NCBI GenBank assembly: GCA_963758295.1
Contig: CAVWUU010000002.1
Span: 192,001 to 256,000, forward strand
Direction: 5' to 3'
DNA length: 64,000 nucleotides
DNA from: Candidatus Eremiobacteria bacterium
GTDB taxonomy: Bacteria; Vulcanimicrobiota; Vulcanimicrobiia; Vulcanimicrobiales; Vulcanimicrobiaceae
Position numbers and translations under genes: made by a program
Shown here: piece by piece, positions 19,638-28,265 of the stretch
Layout of the letters: each line of letters begins with the position of its first letter
How positions within the stretch are numbered: position 1 is the first letter of the stretch
The notes under the pieces: model-generated
Told to the model about the DNA's origin: nothing
Databases searched by the model: none
What the model saw: the letters and a program-made list of their open reading frames with translations, nothing else

Positions 19638-20678
19638 ATGAAAGCTACCGTCTATCACGGCGTCCGCGACGTACGCCTGGAAAATGTTGCGGATCCGGTT
19701 ATCAAAGACTCCCGCGATGCCATCGTCCGCGTTGTGCGAGCGGCGATTTGCGGCTCGGATCTCTGGTTCTACCGGGGCGTCACGCAGTGGGAACCGGGCG
19801 AACGCACCGGACACGAATTCATTGGGATCGTCGAGGAGACGGGCAGCGACGTGCGCGGCGTGAAGCGCGGCGACTACGTCATTGCACCGTTCGTCTCCAG
19901 TGACGGGACGTGCGAATACTGCCGGCGCGGTCTGCAATCGTCCTGCGTGCATATGACGAATTTTGGCGACGACGCGAACGGCGGACAAGCCGAGGCCGTG
20001 CGCGTTCCTTACGCGGACGGAACGCTGGTGAAAATGGCTGAAGGCCTTGCCGACGATCCGCGTAAGCTCGCTTCGGCAGCAACGCTGAGCGACGTCATGA
20101 GCACGGGCCATCACGGTGTCGTCACGGCAGGCGGCCAACGCGGCGGGACGGTCGTTATCGTGGGCGACGGAGCGGTTGGTTTGTGCGGCGTTCTTTCCGC
20201 AGCGAAAGTTCTTGGAGCGGAACGCGTCATTGCCGTCGGCCACAACGATTCACGGTTGAAGCTCGCGCGTGAATTCGGCGCGACGCATACCTTTAATTCT
20301 CATGACCCCGGCGTCGGCGCGGAGATTCTGGAACTCACCCGAGGTGGTTCGCTTTCGGTAGTCGAGGCTGTCGGAAATCAAGCCAGTATGGATTTGTCGA
20401 TCGAAGTCGCGCGTCCGGGCGGCACCGTGAGCTTCGTGGGCGTTCCGCATAACGTCAAAGAGCTGCCGCTGCGCCCGCTTTTCCTAAAGAACGTGTCGCT
20501 GCATGGGGCTCTTGCACCCGCCCGCGCGTACATCGAACCGCTCATGGAAGCAGTAGTTACTGGGTCTATCGACCCATCGCGCGTGTTCGATCTCGAGCTT
20601 CCGCTCGAAGAAGTCGGCAGCGGCTATGCCGCAATGGACGAACGGCGCGCAATTAAAGTGCTGCTAAACGTGGAATAA
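19638..20678 (+). CDS. zinc-dependent alcohol dehydrogenase (MDR family)
   Basis: ICGSDL, GHE, CEYCRRGLQSSC, GDGAVG. Confidence 0.92.
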   Translation: MKATVYHGVRDVRLENVADPVIKDSRDAIVRVVRAAICGSDLWFYRGVTQWEPGERTGHEFIGIVEETGSDVRGVKRGDYVIAPFVSSDGTCEYCRRGLQSSCVHMTNFGDDANGGQAEAVRVPYADGTLVKMAEGLADDPRKLASAATLSDVMSTGHHGVVTAGGQRGGTVVIVGDGAVGLCGVLSAAKVLGAERVIAVGHNDSRLKLAREFGATHTFNSHDPGVGAEILELTRGGSLSVVEAVGNQASMDLSIEVARPGGTVSFVGVPHNVKELPLRPLFLKNVSLHGALAPARAYIEPLMEAVVTGSIDPSRVFDLELPLEEVGSGYAAMDERRAIKVLLNVE

Positions 20679-20688
20679 CCATCATGTA

Positions 20689-21453
20689 ATGCAATTCGAG
20701 CACGCGTACACTACGTACGGCGATCCGGCAAACCCGCCGGTCGTGCTCGTGCATGGCATCCGCCTTGGCCGGCAGATGTGGGAGCCGCATGCGCGCGTGC
20801 TCGCTTCGCAATATCACGTCGTTACGGTCGATCTCCCGGGACACGGGGCCCTCTACGGCATGCCGTTCAGTGCGGAGACGACCGACGCGGTCTTGAACGA
20901 AGTGTGTACGCAAATCTGCGGGGAGCCGCCGCTGCTCGCCGGCTATTCGCTTGGCGGCTACTCCTCGATGGAGTTCGCCGAACGCCATCCGGCCGGCTCG
21001 CGCGCATTGATGCTCACCGGATGTACGCTGGATTTCGAAAGCTGGAAGTACTTGCCGTATGAGCTGAGCGCGCGATTCACGCAAATGCTTCCGGGCCCCA
21101 TCTTCGAGCGGTTCATGTGGCTTTCGCTGCATATGACGCTGCCGCGCGAATGGGCCGATCTCGTTGCGACGATCCCCTTCGATCGCGCCGTCCTCGATTC
21201 AACGACGAATATCGCGCGCATGAGTTCGCGCTTCAGCGCAAAGCTGGCGAAGTATCGGGAGCCGGTGCTCTTCGTAAACGGCGAGCGCGATTTTATCTTC
21301 CGCTCCGATGAGCGACGCTTTCTTCATCGCGTGCCGCAAGCGCGTTTGAAGATCATTCCTAACGTCGACCACGCCGCGCCCCTTCGCAAAGCTGCAGATT
21401 TTATCGGGATCGTCCGCGAATTCGCAGGACGTGTCTTCCGACTCGCCGCCTGA
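20689..21453 (+). CDS. alpha/beta hydrolase
   Basis: LVHG, DLPGHG, GYSLGG nucleophile elbow, GERD, His near C-terminus. Confidence 0.9.
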   Translation: MQFEHAYTTYGDPANPPVVLVHGIRLGRQMWEPHARVLASQYHVVTVDLPGHGALYGMPFSAETTDAVLNEVCTQICGEPPLLAGYSLGGYSSMEFAERHPAGSRALMLTGCTLDFESWKYLPYELSARFTQMLPGPIFERFMWLSLHMTLPREWADLVATIPFDRAVLDSTTNIARMSSRFSAKLAKYREPVLFVNGERDFIFRSDERRFLHRVPQARLKIIPNVDHAAPLRKAADFIGIVREFAGRVFRLAA

Positions 21454-22774
21454 TCGGCCCGCGCTGCTTCGGCGCCTCACGCTTGCCGACCTTACGTTAA
21501 TCAGTATCGGCGCGATCATCGGTTCGGGAATCTTTCGAAACCCCTCCGTTGTCGCGCAGCGCGCTCATGTCACGCCGGTCATTCTGGGAAGCTGGATTGC
21601 CGGCGGCCTCATTGCGCTGCTCGGCGCGTTTATCTTCGCCGAGCTCGGTGAGAGGCGTCCCGAAACCGGCGGTCTCTACGTCTTTCTTCGCGACGCATTT
21701 CATCCGGCGGTCGCGTTTACGTTTGGATGGACGACGCTGCTCATCGCCGATACCAGCGGATCGGCGGCCGCCGCGGTAACGTTTGCCGGATATATCGCTC
21801 CAACGCTGAGTGACAAGCCCATCGCCGTGGGGGCGATTATGGCCGTTACGCTGATTAACTGCCTTGGTGTGCGACAAGGCGGAACGTGGCAAAACGTCCT
21901 CGTCGTGCTGAAAGTTTTGGCGATTGCCGGCGTTATCGCTGCCGGGCTCCTGGCGCCGTCGCTCGGCGTGGCGTCGCACAACGCCGCGGCCTTCGCCTCA
22001 CCGGCCGCGCTCATCACCGCGTTCGGCGTAGCGATGATTCCGGTGCTATTCGCCTACAACGGCTTTCAGAGCGTAAGCTATATCGCGGGCGAGACGCACG
22101 ACGCGGCGCGAACGCTGCCGCGAGGCTTGCTGCTAGGGGTCAGCACCGTTATCGCCGTTTACGTTCTGGTGAATATCGGCTGCCTGCGTATTCTGGGACC
22201 CGCCGGACTTGCCGCGACGACGATGCCCGCCTCAGACGTGATGCAGCACGCGATGGGAAGCATCGGCGCAAAGCTCATTACCGTCGCCGTGGCCCTTTCG
22301 ACGCTCGGCTTTATGAGCACCAAGATGTTGCTCACGCCGCGCGTCTACTTTCGAATGGCAGCCGACGGGACGTTTTTCAAACAGGTGGCGTGGGTCCATC
22401 CGAAAAGCCGCGTGCCGGTGGTCGCTATCGTGCTGCAGGGCCTCTTCGCCGCCCTCATTGCGATGTTTGCGAAGTCTTTCGACCAGATTCTCAACTGGTC
22501 TATCATCGAATATCTCTTCGTGCTGCTCGCGGCGGTCGCGCTCTTCGTCTTTCGTTCGCAAGACCGCGCGAAACCGCGGCCGTCCTTTCGCGTTCCGGGC
22601 CACCCTTGGTCAACGCTGCTGTTCATTCTGGCGATCGCCTACGTCTTTGTTTCCGAAGCGCTGGCGTTTCCACGTGACATTCTCGTCGGCGCAGGAATCG
22701 CGCTGACGGGTGCGCTGGTTTATTTCGCGCGCGCCGCGTTCACGCAGGCAAGGCCTTCGGCCTCTAGGAACTAA
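21431..22774 (+). CDS. APC-family amino acid permease
   Basis: GAIIGSGIF, FAELG..P..GG, FAYNG, FRVPGHP. Confidence 0.92.
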   Translation: MSSDSPPDRPALLRRLTLADLTLISIGAIIGSGIFRNPSVVAQRAHVTPVILGSWIAGGLIALLGAFIFAELGERRPETGGLYVFLRDAFHPAVAFTFGWTTLLIADTSGSAAAAVTFAGYIAPTLSDKPIAVGAIMAVTLINCLGVRQGGTWQNVLVVLKVLAIAGVIAAGLLAPSLGVASHNAAAFASPAALITAFGVAMIPVLFAYNGFQSVSYIAGETHDAARTLPRGLLLGVSTVIAVYVLVNIGCLRILGPAGLAATTMPASDVMQHAMGSIGAKLITVAVALSTLGFMSTKMLLTPRVYFRMAADGTFFKQVAWVHPKSRVPVVAIVLQGLFAALIAMFAKSFDQILNWSIIEYLFVLLAAVALFVFRSQDRAKPRPSFRVPGHPWSTLLFILAIAYVFVSEALAFPRDILVGAGIALTGALVYFARAAFTQARPSASRN

Positions 22775-22780
22775 CGAGCG

Positions 22781-24136
22781 ATGACGAACGACGCACCTGA
22801 ACAAGGGCGCCTCCTTCGGCGATTAGGCGTACGCGATGCGGCGTTAATCGTGATGGGCGGCATCATCGGCTCGGGCATCTTTATGAACCCGTCTGTCGTT
22901 GCAAAACAATTGCATACGGCGCCGCTGATCCTGCTCGCGTGGTGTATAGGCGGAGTCATTGCACTGCTCGGCGCGGCTCTCTTTGCTGAACTCGCTGGCC
23001 GGCGGCCAGAAAACGGCGGCCTTTACGCCTACATGCGCGATGCTTATCATCCGGTAATTGCGTTTATGTACGGATGGACGCTACTGCTCGTTTCGCAGAG
23101 CGGCGGCGCCGCCGCCTCGGCCGTTACCTTCGCTGCATATTTTGGCGCACTCACGCATCTCACGGTCGATCCACGCTTCCTCGCGGCGCTGATCATCGCC
23201 ATTTTTACGCTCATCAACTGCTTCGGCGTACGAAGCGGTGCGAATACGCAAAACGCTTTCATGATCGTGAAGATTGCTGCGATTTTAGGAGTGATCCTCG
23301 TCGGCCTTACCGTCACGCATCCGGCAATGGCCGCCCACGCGGCGGCACCTCCGAACGTGATGGGCGCGCTTGGACTCGCGCTCGTGCCGGTCATTTTCGC
23401 TTACAGCGGCTGGCAAACGTCCAGCTTCATGAGCGGCGAGCTGCGTAATCCGGCAAAGACGCTCGCGCGCGGGATGCTCTTTGGGGTCGCGGGCGTGCTC
23501 GTACTTTATTTATTGGTAAACGCCGTGCTCGTGCGCGCGCTCGGTGAAACCGCACTCGCCGCAACGAATACGCCGGCCTCCGCCGTCGTGCAAGCCGCCT
23601 TCGGCCCGGTGGGTGGACAGATCATGGCCGCCGTTGTTGCGATCTCGACGCTTGGCTTCATCAGCAATCAAATCCTCACTTCGCCGCGCGTCTACTACCA
23701 GATGGCCGCCGATGGAACGTTCTTCAAAGCGCTCGCAAAAGTCAATGCGCGCACGCACGTCCCCGTCTTGGCTATTGCGTTGCAAGGCGCGGTTGCGATG
23801 GTGATAGCGTTTTCCGGCCGGTACGATGCCATTCAAAACTACGTTACGAGTGTCGACTGGGTGTTCTTCGGTCTCTCGGCGCTTGCGCTGATAATCTTCC
23901 GTACGCGCGATCGCGAAAGTGGCGTGCCGGCTCCCGCCTTCAGAATGCCCGGACACCCGTGGAGCACCGTGCTGTTCTTGATCGTCGCTTGGTCGATGGT
24001 CGTCGACGTTTTTATGCGTTCACCGATCGATGCACTGGTCGGGCTCGGCATTCTCCTCTCGGGCGTGCCCGTCTACTACTTGTTTACGTTTCGTTCGCGC
24101 CGCTTGGAACGGGAACGCGCGCAAAGCACTCCCTAA
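22781..24136 (+). CDS. APC-family amino acid permease (tandem paralog)
   Basis: GGIIGSGIF, FAYSGW, FRMPGHP. Confidence 0.92.
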   Translation: MTNDAPEQGRLLRRLGVRDAALIVMGGIIGSGIFMNPSVVAKQLHTAPLILLAWCIGGVIALLGAALFAELAGRRPENGGLYAYMRDAYHPVIAFMYGWTLLLVSQSGGAAASAVTFAAYFGALTHLTVDPRFLAALIIAIFTLINCFGVRSGANTQNAFMIVKIAAILGVILVGLTVTHPAMAAHAAAPPNVMGALGLALVPVIFAYSGWQTSSFMSGELRNPAKTLARGMLFGVAGVLVLYLLVNAVLVRALGETALAATNTPASAVVQAAFGPVGGQIMAAVVAISTLGFISNQILTSPRVYYQMAADGTFFKALAKVNARTHVPVLAIALQGAVAMVIAFSGRYDAIQNYVTSVDWVFFGLSALALIIFRTRDRESGVPAPAFRMPGHPWSTVLFLIVAWSMVVDVFMRSPIDALVGLGILLSGVPVYYLFTFRSRRLERERAQSTP

Positions 24137-24153
24137 AGAAGGGGAAGGGGCGG

Positions 24154-24705
24154 CTAAGTTTGCCGCCCCTGGATTCCCTGCATCGCGTTCTTCGCGACTT
24201 CTTGCCCATGTTGCATTGCCGACTGTTGCGCGGCGTCGGTCGCCGCGTCAAGAGTTTCTTTCATTACGGCCCTGCCTTGCTGTAGCAGTTGCCCGCCTGT
24301 AGCTTGCGCGGTTTGCTTTAGCTGATCGCTCATTTCGCCAAGCCGCTCGTTTTCGATATCGGTCGAAGGCAACAACGACCCGATCAGAAAGCCGATGGCG
24401 GCCGCCCCGAAGAATACGCCGATCGGATTCTCGCGTACGGCGCCTAGGGCGTTCATCGTCATTGCTTGCATGTCGCCGCCATCCGGCATTGAATCGCCGA
24501 CGCGGTCGCGCATATCGCTCACCCGGTCGCGCACGCTGCCGATCGTTCCGGTGATGGACGACTTCACGGCATCGACCCTATCGTTCATCGCATCCTGCAT
24601 GCGATTCGGCACGTCGGCTTTGTAAGCAATTGCGTCTACGGTGTCGCTCATGCGGCCGCGCGTCTCTTCTATCTCCTCACGGATTTCGTCTGGGTCTTTG
24701 CCCAT
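24154..24705 (-). CDS. DUF3618-domain protein
   Basis: N-terminal DPDEIREEIEETRGRMSDTVDAIAYKADVP; ENPIG..hydrophobic..LLPST segment. Confidence 0.8.
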   Translation of the reverse strand: MGKDPDEIREEIEETRGRMSDTVDAIAYKADVPNRMQDAMNDRVDAVKSSITGTIGSVRDRVSDMRDRVGDSMPDGGDMQAMTMNALGAVRENPIGVFFGAAAIGFLIGSLLPSTDIENERLGEMSDQLKQTAQATGGQLLQQGRAVMKETLDAATDAAQQSAMQHGQEVAKNAMQGIQGRQT

Positions 24706-25106
24706 TCCACATCCTCCTTCACGGTTTCAATCGTTTGTGTTGGTACCGGCGGCGTAACGTCCTCAATCTTGCGCTTTCCGCTGACCGCGAGGATCGCAGC
24801 CGCCACACCGTAGGCGACGGTCACGATGAGTGCCGCAACCCACGCCGGCATGACAAGCGCCAGGACCAAGATCACCGTTGCCGTTAAAGTTGCGAGCGCC
24901 ATGAGTCCGGCAACGGCGGCGCCGCTCAGCATGCCCGCGCCTTCGCCTACGCGCTTGCCGGCACGGACCGTCTTCTCGGTCATCTCCGTGCGGAAGAGTT
25001 CGAACTCTTGGCGCATGAGCAGCGAGATATCGCCGCTCAGCCGCTTGAACAGCTCGCCTATTGACGCATCGCGGAGATCGTTTCCGTCACCGAACGAATT
25101 CGCCAC
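24669..25106 (-). CDS. phage holin family (holin-X/YqjE-like) membrane protein
   Basis: SIGELF..LMRQEFEL, two TM helices, PTQTIETVKEDVEW. Confidence 0.8.
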   Translation of the reverse strand: MANSFGDGNDLRDASIGELFKRLSGDISLLMRQEFELFRTEMTEKTVRAGKRVGEGAGMLSGAAVAGLMALATLTATVILVLALVMPAWVAALIVTVAYGVAAAILAVSGKRKIEDVTPPVPTQTIETVKEDVEWAKTQTKSVRR

Positions 25107-25566
25107 TGTTCTCCTCGCTTAGCGCACTTCCAAGACCCGACGTATCGTCGTAGTCGACGGAAGAGTCGTACATACGGCCGTACGACGACGTGGTTCCGGT
25201 CGTGGTGCTTGCCGAGCGGTAGCGTTCCGTAGCGCTCGCTTTGAGCAAGCGCGCCGCTAACAATCCGCCCATGAAGCCGACCGCTGCGGTTACCATCGGC
25301 TGCTTGCGTGCCGCGGACTCGAGGTCGCTCACTATGCGATCGCCGTCGTTTTGCGTTAGATAATTCGATAGTCCGTCTAACCGGTCGGCTGCGAGCCGGA
25401 CAAGATTTGCCGTGGCCGTCTGGCCTTGATCGCGCAAATTGTCGCTCATTGACCGGAGATTCGTCACGTGCTCGCCGACCGTGTTGCCGACGTCCGTCGT
25501 GCGGCGATCGATTTGGTCCATGATTACGCCGCGTGCCTGGTTCTTGATTTGATCAACGTTCGTCAC
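25087..25566 (-). CDS. hypothetical protein (first gene of holin-X/DUF3618 trio)
   Basis: GGAGG RBS; helical protein with ARKQP..GGLLAARLLK segment. Confidence 0.75.
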   Translation of the reverse strand: MTNVDQIKNQARGVIMDQIDRRTTDVGNTVGEHVTNLRSMSDNLRDQGQTATANLVRLAADRLDGLSNYLTQNDGDRIVSDLESAARKQPMVTAAVGFMGGLLAARLLKASATERYRSASTTTGTTSSYGRMYDSSVDYDDTSGLGSALSEENSGEFVR

Positions 25567-25675
25567 GAAATATGCTCTCCTCCGGGAGCGAGCTTACCCA
25601 TCTTTTACATTGCCGTTGCGATCAATTTTCAAGATGCTAAGGAAACGAAGCATGCGGTCGTGCGATGCTTCATGC

Positions 25676-26659
25676 ATGAAGCGCGTGTTGATCGTCGACG
25701 ATTACGAGCCGAATTTGCGTTTGTACGCAGCCGTCGTAAAGCGTGTCACCGGGGAAGAGCCGCTTGCTTACGAGGAACCTAGGCAAGCACTAGAGCGGCT
25801 ACGTACGACGACCGTCGATCTCATCATCCTCGACTACCAAATGCCGGAACTGAACGGGATCGATCTCGTTCGCGCCGTTCGAGAGCTACCCGAACACGTG
25901 GACACGCCGGTCATTTTTGTCACGTCGGACAGCGACCCAAGTTTGCCCGCTCGAGCGCTGTCGTCGGGCGCTACGGTATTTCTGGAAAAGCCGGTTGCGC
26001 TTCGAGATTTTATGGCGCACATCCGGCGCTTCGTACCGGCGCCGGTGAAGGACGAAATCCCGCTCGATGGAACTTCGGGCGATCGCGACGCCATCGTGCG
26101 GCTTCATCGGGCACTGCAAGCTCGCGATGCAAACCTTGCAGAGCGAATTCGCCGTGCGCGTGATCTAGCGGTAGCGCTGGCTCACGACCTGGATGTTTCA
26201 AGTGAGGAAATCGAACGGCTGACGATCGCCGCGCTCGTCTACGACATCGGCATGATCGCCGTGCCCGACAAGGCGCTGGAAGCGCCGTGGGAGCTGAACG
26301 CACGTTGGACCAACATCGTACGCGAACACGCCGGCGCCGGGTCCGTGATCCTTTCGGGCGGTAATTCGCCGCTGATGGAAATGGCCGAAATGCTGGCGCG
26401 TCTGCATCACGAGCGTTTTGACGGCGAGGGGTATCCCGAGCGCCGCAAGGGTGAACAGATTCCGCTTCTCGCGCGAATTATCGCCGTCGCCGATGCCTTT
26501 ACGGCAATGACGTCGGAGCGGCCGTACCGCGTAGAAATGGCTACCGCCGACGCAATTGCCGCAATAAAAGCCGAAAGCAGCGGCGCGTTCGACCCATTGA
26601 TTGTTGGCGCGCTTGCATCGATGCGCGATCCCCTCGTCCCGGCGCTACGCACCGCATAA
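25676..26659 (+). CDS. response regulator with degenerate HD-GYP domain
   Basis: Intact receiver (IVDD, ILDYQMP, LEKP); LVYDIGM (HD to YD), HHERFDGEGYP, RIIAVADAF. Confidence 0.88.
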   Translation: MKRVLIVDDYEPNLRLYAAVVKRVTGEEPLAYEEPRQALERLRTTTVDLIILDYQMPELNGIDLVRAVRELPEHVDTPVIFVTSDSDPSLPARALSSGATVFLEKPVALRDFMAHIRRFVPAPVKDEIPLDGTSGDRDAIVRLHRALQARDANLAERIRRARDLAVALAHDLDVSSEEIERLTIAALVYDIGMIAVPDKALEAPWELNARWTNIVREHAGAGSVILSGGNSPLMEMAEMLARLHHERFDGEGYPERRKGEQIPLLARIIAVADAFTAMTSERPYRVEMATADAIAAIKAESSGAFDPLIVGALASMRDPLVPALRTA

Positions 26660-26661
26660 AG

Positions 26662-26690
26662 AAAAACGCCTCCGCATAGCGGAAGCGTTT
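26662..26690 (-). terminator. intrinsic terminator between convergent genes
   Basis: Minus strand AAACGCTTCCGC-TAT-GCGGAGGCGTTTTT. Confidence 0.7.
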
Positions 26691-26713
26691 CTTCTAACGA
26701 GCGCGACTAGCGC

Positions 26714-27151
26714 TTAGATGTCGCCGCAGGAAACGTATTTCTTGAGATTTGCGGCACTCTCGTGCACGTTGACCGCGTAATGGGCTTTCTTGAGTTGCGC
26801 GATCGTGACGCCTTGCAGCGTGGTGGTCGACTTTCCGTGCACGACGTTGCTCAACGGCTTCCACGGTGCGGGATTGAGCTTCGCGCACGTGCCTTCGTGG
26901 ATGTGCGCCGGTTCGCTCGCGCTTGCCGGTTCATTCATCACCGATACGACGACTTGCACGCCGCCCGAAACGGCCTTGATGGAAGCCGTGCCGTTCTGCT
27001 TGGAACCGTTTTGTTCGCCCATGTTGATATTGAGCGTGCTTTTCGCCATGGCGTTATGCATGTTGTGCATGGAGTTCGGCGTTGCGAGTGCCGGCAACGC
27101 AATGACGGCGGCCGAAAGAGCAAGCACGGCCGGTTTTAGGAAGTACTTCAT
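26714..27151 (-). CDS. secreted CHRD-like/His-Cys motif protein
   Basis: AAAGGAGG RBS; signal peptide; PAHIHEGTC and AVNVH..VSCGDI motifs. Confidence 0.7.
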   Translation of the reverse strand: MKYFLKPAVLALSAAVIALPALATPNSMHNMHNAMAKSTLNINMGEQNGSKQNGTASIKAVSGGVQVVVSVMNEPASASEPAHIHEGTCAKLNPAPWKPLSNVVHGKSTTTLQGVTIAQLKKAHYAVNVHESAANLKKYVSCGDI

Positions 27152-27209
27152 GAAGACTGCCTCCTTTGGCAAATGGTACGTAAGCCAAACGATTGGGACT
27201 TCTCAGGAA

Positions 27210-27235
27210 GTTCCCAGGCGCGCCGTCCGGCAAAC
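27210..27235 (-). promoter_or_regulatory. putative SigB/SigF-type promoter
   Basis: Minus strand GTTTGC-N14-GGGAAC. Confidence 0.4.
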
Positions 27236-27248
27236 GTGCGTTCTCCGC

Positions 27249-28262
27249 CTATTCGAACAAGCGGCTCCAATCGTCACGGCTGATGCGTAGCTGTTCTTCC
27301 CTTAGGTCTTTGAGCGGCGCTTTCACCATGCGTTCGCGCTCGCACAGATCCGGTTGGCGGGGATCGATGAACAGTAAGCCCGTCACGAATTCCCCATTGT
27401 CGCGCGACTTGTGAATCGTCTCGAGCGCGCCGATTCGATTGGTCGCGTCGTAGTCGCGCTCTAGCTTACGAAGCAGTACGTGCGAACCATCTTCGAGTTC
27501 GATATCCTGAACGGTACCTGGCTCGTAGTCGACGACGACTTCTTCGCTGCCGCGGATGAAGTCGGGGGAATTGAGCATGAAGTCGTGTTCCTTGACGTAC
27601 GCGTAGCTCTTCGTCGATCCGACGTGATCGTTGAACGTGACGCACGGGCTAATGATGTCGAGCACGGCCGTGCCGCGGTGAGACATGGCCGCCTGCAGCA
27701 ATGGCACGAGCTGCTTGCCGTCACCCGAGAACGAGCGCGCGACGAATGTTGCACCGACTTCGATCGCGAGACCGCAAACGTCGATCGTACTGTACTCGTT
27801 CGGCGTCCCGCCTTTCATCGTCGAGCCGACGTCAGCCGTTGCGGAAAACTGTCCCTTCGTAAGTCCGTAGACGCCGTTGTTCTCGACGAGATACACCGCG
27901 TCGAGATTCCGGCGAATCATGTGGACGAATTGACCGAGGCCGATGCTAGCGGTGTCGCCGTCGCCACTGATGCCGAGTACCAGCAAGTCGCGATTCGCGA
28001 GCTTCGCGCCGGTCGCGGCCGACGGCATGCGTCCGTGCACGCCGTTGAATCCATGCGCTTGTTCTACGAAGTATGCAGGCGTCTTCGAAGAACAGCCGAT
28101 GCCGCTCATCTTCGCGAGCTTGTGCGGCTCAACGCCGTATTCGTATAGCGCCTTGATGAGATGATTGGTGATCGAATTGTGGCCGCACCCTGCGCATAGC
28201 GTGGTCGGCAAACCTTTGTAGATGTCTCGCGAGAGGCCGATGAGGTTGATATTCGCAGTCAT
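27249..28262 (-). CDS. korB: 2-oxoacid:ferredoxin oxidoreductase beta subunit
   Basis: LCAGCGH, SGIGCS, HGR, GDGD TPP motif, NNGVYGLTKGQ. Confidence 0.93.
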   Translation of the reverse strand: MTANINLIGLSRDIYKGLPTTLCAGCGHNSITNHLIKALYEYGVEPHKLAKMSGIGCSSKTPAYFVEQAHGFNGVHGRMPSAATGAKLANRDLLVLGISGDGDTASIGLGQFVHMIRRNLDAVYLVENNGVYGLTKGQFSATADVGSTMKGGTPNEYSTIDVCGLAIEVGATFVARSFSGDGKQLVPLLQAAMSHRGTAVLDIISPCVTFNDHVGSTKSYAYVKEHDFMLNSPDFIRGSEEVVVDYEPGTVQDIELEDGSHVLLRKLERDYDATNRIGALETIHKSRDNGEFVTGLLFIDPRQPDLCERERMVKAPLKDLREEQLRISRDDWSRLFE

Positions 28263-28265
28263 GAA

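Noticed and set aside
24669..25106. Prophage lysis cassette
   Set aside because: No endolysin or other phage genes; holin-X/DUF3618 context is a common chromosomal cluster
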